DNA of 64,000 bases, taken from NCBI GenBank assembly GCA_976226885.1, contig OZ320321.1, forward strand, positions 56,544,001 to 56,608,000. The letters are read 5' to 3'. Position 1 is the first letter of the stretch, and every line of letters starts with the position of its first letter. The DNA comes from Iphione sp. A-MEVVRFRX5 (taxonomy: Eukaryota). Under the pieces are notes generated by a model. That model was not told the DNA's origin. It made no database searches and saw only the letters and a list, made by a program, of their open reading frames with translations. Positions 58,956 through 64,000 of the stretch are shown one piece after another. The translations under genes and the position numbers were made by a program.

Positions 58956-59654
58956 TCAATCCTGAGAAGAGGTGCTGAATTCGTAGGCTGGAGGAGGCTC
59001 GCATTGCGAACTGGGATTTGCCGGGCCTCCATTCACTGCGTCTTCGTAGGTGGGCGGGGCGGCCGGAATACCCTGTCCGTCACTGGCGCCTGTAGCCCCG
59101 CCGACCCCGCTAACCGCAACCAGGTCCTCCTCGCCTTCAATGATGACCACAACTCCTGGTTCCTGTTCGTACGTTTCCGGTTCCGCCCGCGCCGGCGGTT
59201 CGGTTCCGGCCGCGCAGCGAGCGTCCTCGAAGGCCAGCAGCGGGTACCGCAGGTCGAGGAGGACGTCGATGATGTTGCCCCTGCCTGTCCTGGGTTGGGA
59301 GCCGCGCACCCAGACACGTATGAACACCAGGTCGAGCATGCCGAAGACGAACTGAATGCAGCCGATGACGCCGAAGTAGCGCAGCACCACCGACGTCGAC
59401 TCGACGGCGAAGCCGACGACCATGAAGAGGAAGCCCAGCATGATGAGCAAGGCGCCTGTACAGACGAAAACGTCAAAGAGCGCGTCGCGCGTCTTGAGGT
59501 AGTCGACATCGTCGCCGTCCGCTAGGGTGCGCACGCGTCGACTGACGTAGAAGGCGCCCATACTGGTGGGCACGCCGAGCGCGCAGAGGAGCATGGCGCA
59601 TACCTGGGGAGAAATATATAAATCAATCATGAAGCTTGTCATAATCTACCTAGC

Positions 59655-59694
<40 letters not shown>

Positions 59695-61464
59695 CATCTG
59701 TCTATTCTATTTATCTCTTGCTTCAATAACAATATCATTATGCTGATTAAACCCCCCCCCCCATGACCATGCAGTGTTTTATACTGGCTAGTTGCTACAG
59801 TGGCCATCTTCATGGGTAGCAAAAGGGAACACGTGCGTTAAAATATATGAATATGAGATCTTCGAGTTTGTTGCACCTACAATATAAAAAGCAATGTGTT
59901 GGGCACACATCGACTAAGAAACAGAATTAGAATATCACTTAATCACAAATCAGTTGTGTAGTTCACATAACACTAATCCGAAGGGTTGATGTTTTCTTTC
60001 ACGCTGACTCCCATCCAACAAGAGATAAAATCAATATATCATATCTTTAATTGTATCAGTACATTAATAGGGTTCGTATAAAACCCACCACAGATTGATA
60101 TTCATACAATTGACATGCAAAAATGTAGGCCTATTAGTTTATTTGTAGGAAACGTGATAAGGGGAAACACCGTTGTATATATGCATGTAAGTGTGCATAC
60201 ATGGTAGACTCTCTCTGGGGCAACCACTTGGGGGACTGGAGGAATCTGATTGCCTCTGCTATTTTGTGGCAATTCGTGCCAGACTTACACAAATTTGGCT
60301 GAAAAAGAGTAGATTTTGTGCAATTTGTGCCATTTACAAATGCATAAATTTGGCTGAAAAGGGGCACGTTTTGTGCAATTTATATGTCTATACTTCATTT
60401 ATACATCCCTCTGCTGTCTGTACCCCTTTTTCATGTACAGCAGCCTCCCGCATAGAGACCAGATTGCAGGGGCCACCAGCTGAGGGCAGAGACCACTATA
60501 TCATAGAACCAATATGTAATGAAATGATCTGGTGCTGCCCAGTGGACATCTGGGGAACTGGAGAAATAAACAAAGGCTTCCAGCATAGCTACTAGCCCTA
60601 CTTACTAGTCTCTGTGCCACTCTCTGTATTTGGAGTTAAGATGTGCTATCGTAACACAATAGAAGGGGGAGAGGGGAGATAATGGTTGTCAAGGGAGACC
60701 AGATCATAAAGGCAACCAGATTCCTTCAGTCCCCGATTGCAAGTAGTCGCCTGAGTGAGAGTCTACCCTGCTTCTATGCTAAATATATCTGTGTTCCATA
60801 AGAAATTGGAACATGTTCCAATCTGAGGCATGGATCTGTAAACAAATACAAGAAAATATATGTACAGGTGCGTGGAAGCACTCCATTTCATAAACACAGA
60901 TGCAAAAACCATGGCAATACTTATTTGTGGACATAAACACACAAACATGAACACACATGACTTTAATACGACTTTCTATAATGATACATGCAGTATTAAA
61001 CTTAAATGACTTAAATAAACCTTTGTTAAATCCATGTCCAACTTACACGTGTCTAACTAAATTGACTAAAGAAGAAGCCTGTAGAGGTGACTAGGCTGGA
61101 GACCAGGCAAGCCTGGTTTTTCCTGTCGTCCAGGCACGCATATTAGATATTATCTGTATAGAGTAGTAGACTACTTTTATTCTGAGAAAACTTGGACTCT
61201 CCCCTAATCTGGTCTCCCCTGAAATTTGGCCCTTAATTGGGTATCCACTGTATACAAGCAATACCCACATTACTTGAGTTGAAGTCTTTCATAAGAGAGG
61301 AAATGTGTGGATGAGATTACCTTCATGAGTGCATCAGTGGAGGGTATCAAAATGATGTGTTCTCAACTCAGCCTTTCTTTAAAGAGCTTTTTAAGACCTT
61401 CTTAAAGATGGATATACATAAAAAAAGAGACTATGTTTGTGTTTTTTGAGAGATAAAAATACAG

Positions 61465-61518
<54 letters not shown>

Positions 61519-61900
61519 CAGAGAGACAGAGAGAGACAGAGAGAGCGCATCCCACTGGCAACCGTCATAGCACTACTTGTAACTTCTGTGTATTCTTTTG
61601 CTGTGCTACTTAGAACACCCATACACATGGGAAGTAAGGAGCAAGATAGAGACAAGAGGGACACAGGTACTAGACAGAGTGGGTCAGAACACTATACACA
61701 AGAGATATTATGCCCCTAAAGACAGCACACACCTTGAATACGTCGACGTCCTTGGCGTCGGCGAGAGCGGTGAAGCCGAAGATGCAGGTGATGATTCCCG
61801 CCGACAGCATCCAGAGGCCGACTTGTATCATGACCGACACCAGATTGGCGCCCCCATGCCGACAACAGCAACATCCCTCACAACAACGCGACTGAGCCAT
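58956..61900 (-). CDS. Two-exon gene for a 271-aa four-TM membrane protein with N-terminal Cys cluster and two C-terminal PPxY motifs (architecture resembles MS4A/LAPTM; family unassigned)
   Basis: Exon 1 61900-61733 (MAQSRCCEGCCCC...DVDVFK, donor AAG|gtgtgt) and exon 2 59603-58956 (acceptor ttctccccag|, VCAMLL...EFSTSSQD stop), both phase 0. Four hydrophobic segments; PPTY and PPAY in the acidic tail; GC-rich coding-like composition. Confidence 0.8.
59655..59692. repeat. (GTCT)n microsatellite
   Basis: Read directly. Confidence 0.9.
60436..61252. mobile_element. Old Tc1/mariner (Tigger/pogo-like) MITE relic in the intron of the four-TM gene
   Basis: TA|CAG...CTG|TA ends; 44-nt terminal inverted repeats about 29/44 identical; internal GAGACCA motifs. 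Confidence 0.4.
61466..61545. repeat. (GA)n/(GAGACA)n compound microsatellite
   Basis: Read directly. Confidence 0.95.
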
Positions 61901-63399
61901 GATTAGTGCTCTCTGCTAAAGGCGCGATCGGGATTCATTTGTCGCGTAGATCACTTCAGTCTCTTGCCTTACGTTAAAGGTGCGATGCCCCTTGCGTTCT
62001 TGTTACAGCACAGGTATATGTACATAACGTACTGTTTTTTATAAGCACGTGAACAGTTATATTGCTGTAATGCACCCGAAGCATCTGTACCTTCAGCAGC
62101 ATCTACAGGATCCCCTTTAATCGCTATATAGTTTTTCTAGTAAACATCTGGAACCAGTGATAGATTCTAAATCAGCCAATGTCCATCTGAAAAGTTAGAA
62201 CCGTTTCCGATTAGACACGATGCAAGCGTGGCATGAAGTAATATCTGAAACGATCGATTAAAAAAATAGCCTGATCACCATAGAATATCTGGCCACACTG
62301 GCGTATGATCTCAGGTAAGACTGAAATGGAGAGACCTGTGTAAACATTTTGTGAAGTTTAAACGGAAGAGTATGCTGTCTGCGACTGATAGGAGAAGGAT
62401 ATTGATCTCTGTCCAATCAAAAACTTTTGCACGCCTATGGGGCATCTGCACTTACGTGATATAAAAGAGTCAACAGTCGTCACTAATATAGAAAATGTGT
62501 ACAGATTTAACAAACAAACCAAGCCAGTACCTTTCCTCAGTTCAAACCTAACCTTCAAAAGTGTAGATTTACATTCCCAAGGTTTCGTTCTGAGTACGAA
62601 GGAAATTTTACTGATCACTGATTCACTGATCATTTTTAAAGTTGATAAGATATGGCCTACCTGTGCAGACGCCATAGTGTGTCATTTTCAGGGGTGCTTG
62701 TCAGAAATAAGCTCTAAATACGAGTCCATTGATCACTCATCTTAATCAGCGTGAGATGTCAGCGTAGTAAATAGACAGTTCGCATTCCTGAACTTTGATT
62801 AGTAGTTTACTCAGAATCAGAATCATGTCTGCCGCAACGACAACCAACAGGACGGCTTTGGTACCAGGTTCCCGTCTCTCCATATGATGATAAGGCTGGG
62901 ATGACCTAGTTACGGTCATATCATATCTGACGACATTTTGTCATTAGGCCAGATTGTGCAGATATGACGAAAGAACGCGTCCAAATTGGGCACAGCTTTG
63001 GAAACTTTCGTCAAACATATGCTGGATACTATAGGTCATCACTTTTACAATTTTATTTCACATTTCCTACACGTGAACTGAATTCATATAATTGTGTCTT
63101 TTAATTCTATCACGGAGAACTAGATTCGCTTCTAAATTCAGGCGGGAGAACCAAATCCAAATTGCTACCTACAGGTCGAGGTGAGCCACTGCGTGGGGTG
63201 GTTGCGTACCCATGCACCTGACCACTGGCAGGCTGTGGGCTTGCCGCGTGATAAAATTGTACGGACAACATTTTGGCAACAGTGCAATTACTGGTTGATA
63301 AATGGATAATTAATGGATGCATGAAATACCTTTGAGCATATATATGATGTGTAAAGAATATCTATAATATAATACATTTAATGATGGTTAGGTATTACC

Positions 63400-63650
63400 T
63401 ATACCGGCGGCCCCCCTTTATCGGACCCCTCTCTTCCGGAATCATCGTATAACCGGATGGTATTTGAATAACCAAGGTTTTTTCTATTAAAATTATATTA
63501 CTTAACCGGACCCTGCCTTTCCGTATTCGGACGAAATTTAGCTGCATTTTAGAGCGTTTAACATAGGAAATACATTCAGTTAACCGGACTAGAGAGAACA
63601 AAGGAAAAATGTCAGGGAAGCGCGACAACGGATAGGGGTCTGTTTGAAGT
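63400..63650. mobile_element. Degenerate MITE-like fragment with reiterated (TT)AACCGGA / TCGGAC motifs
   Basis: ttatcggacccc, taaccggat, ttaaccggac (twice), attcggac within 250 bp; termini not resolved. Confidence 0.25.
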
Positions 63651-63756
63651 ACCGGTAGGCTCAAAGTCAAACACAGATGCGCGAAACTATTACATAACAG
63701 CAATATGCAGGCCAGACCATCCTAAAGGAAGAAACAACAGAGCGCAGAGAACAAAG

Positions 63757-63962
63757 AAATTTGAAGTTTTTTGACATTTTCTCCATGGAATATGCCTCAA
63801 TCTCCATGAATTTTGCCGTTTTTTGTCACATTCTCCTTGAAATTTGTCGTTTTTGACACTTTCTCCATGGAATATGCCTCAATCTCCATGAATTTTGCCG
63901 TTTTTTGTCACATTCTCCTTGAAATTTGTCGTTTTTGACACTTTCTCCATGGAATATGCCTC
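63757..63962. repeat. 82-bp tandem repeat, about 2.5 copies
   Basis: ctccatggaatatgcctc at 63781, 63863, 63945. Confidence 0.93.
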
Positions 63963-64000
63963 CCATACTTTACAATTATGACAGTTTTCCCCACCAGGAG

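Noticed and set aside
58836-59525. 229-aa plus-strand ORF
   Set aside because: Antisense shadow of the GC-rich exon 2 of the four-TM gene.

Overview
Eukaryotic (invertebrate bilaterian, tentatively amphioxus-like; inferred from composition and TACATGTA abundance) genomic DNA. Most of the window (95-52466, + strand) is one 15-exon gene for a class II Rab11 family-interacting protein (RAB11FIP3/4, nuf-like; 592 aa: two EF hands, coiled coil, C-terminal Rab11-binding domain). All exons join through GT-AG introns with consistent phases. Intron 1 carries an intact antisense 471-aa ORF that looks like a LINE ORF1-type protein (coiled coil + RRM-like + CTD) fused to a C-terminal NADAR/YbiA-like domain, with no recognisable ORF2 and a perfect 26-bp palindrome just upstream. 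This is the most unusual object in the window. The large introns also contain several ATG-to-donor segments whose phase matches the next FIP exon, suggesting alternative first exons; one would give a transmembrane-anchored Rab11-binding isoform. A convergent two-exon gene (61900-58956, - strand) encodes a 271-aa four-TM protein with an N-terminal Cys cluster and two PPxY motifs. The rest is microsatellites, 82-123 bp tandem duplications and MITE-like relics. All calls were made by eye; no database searches were run.
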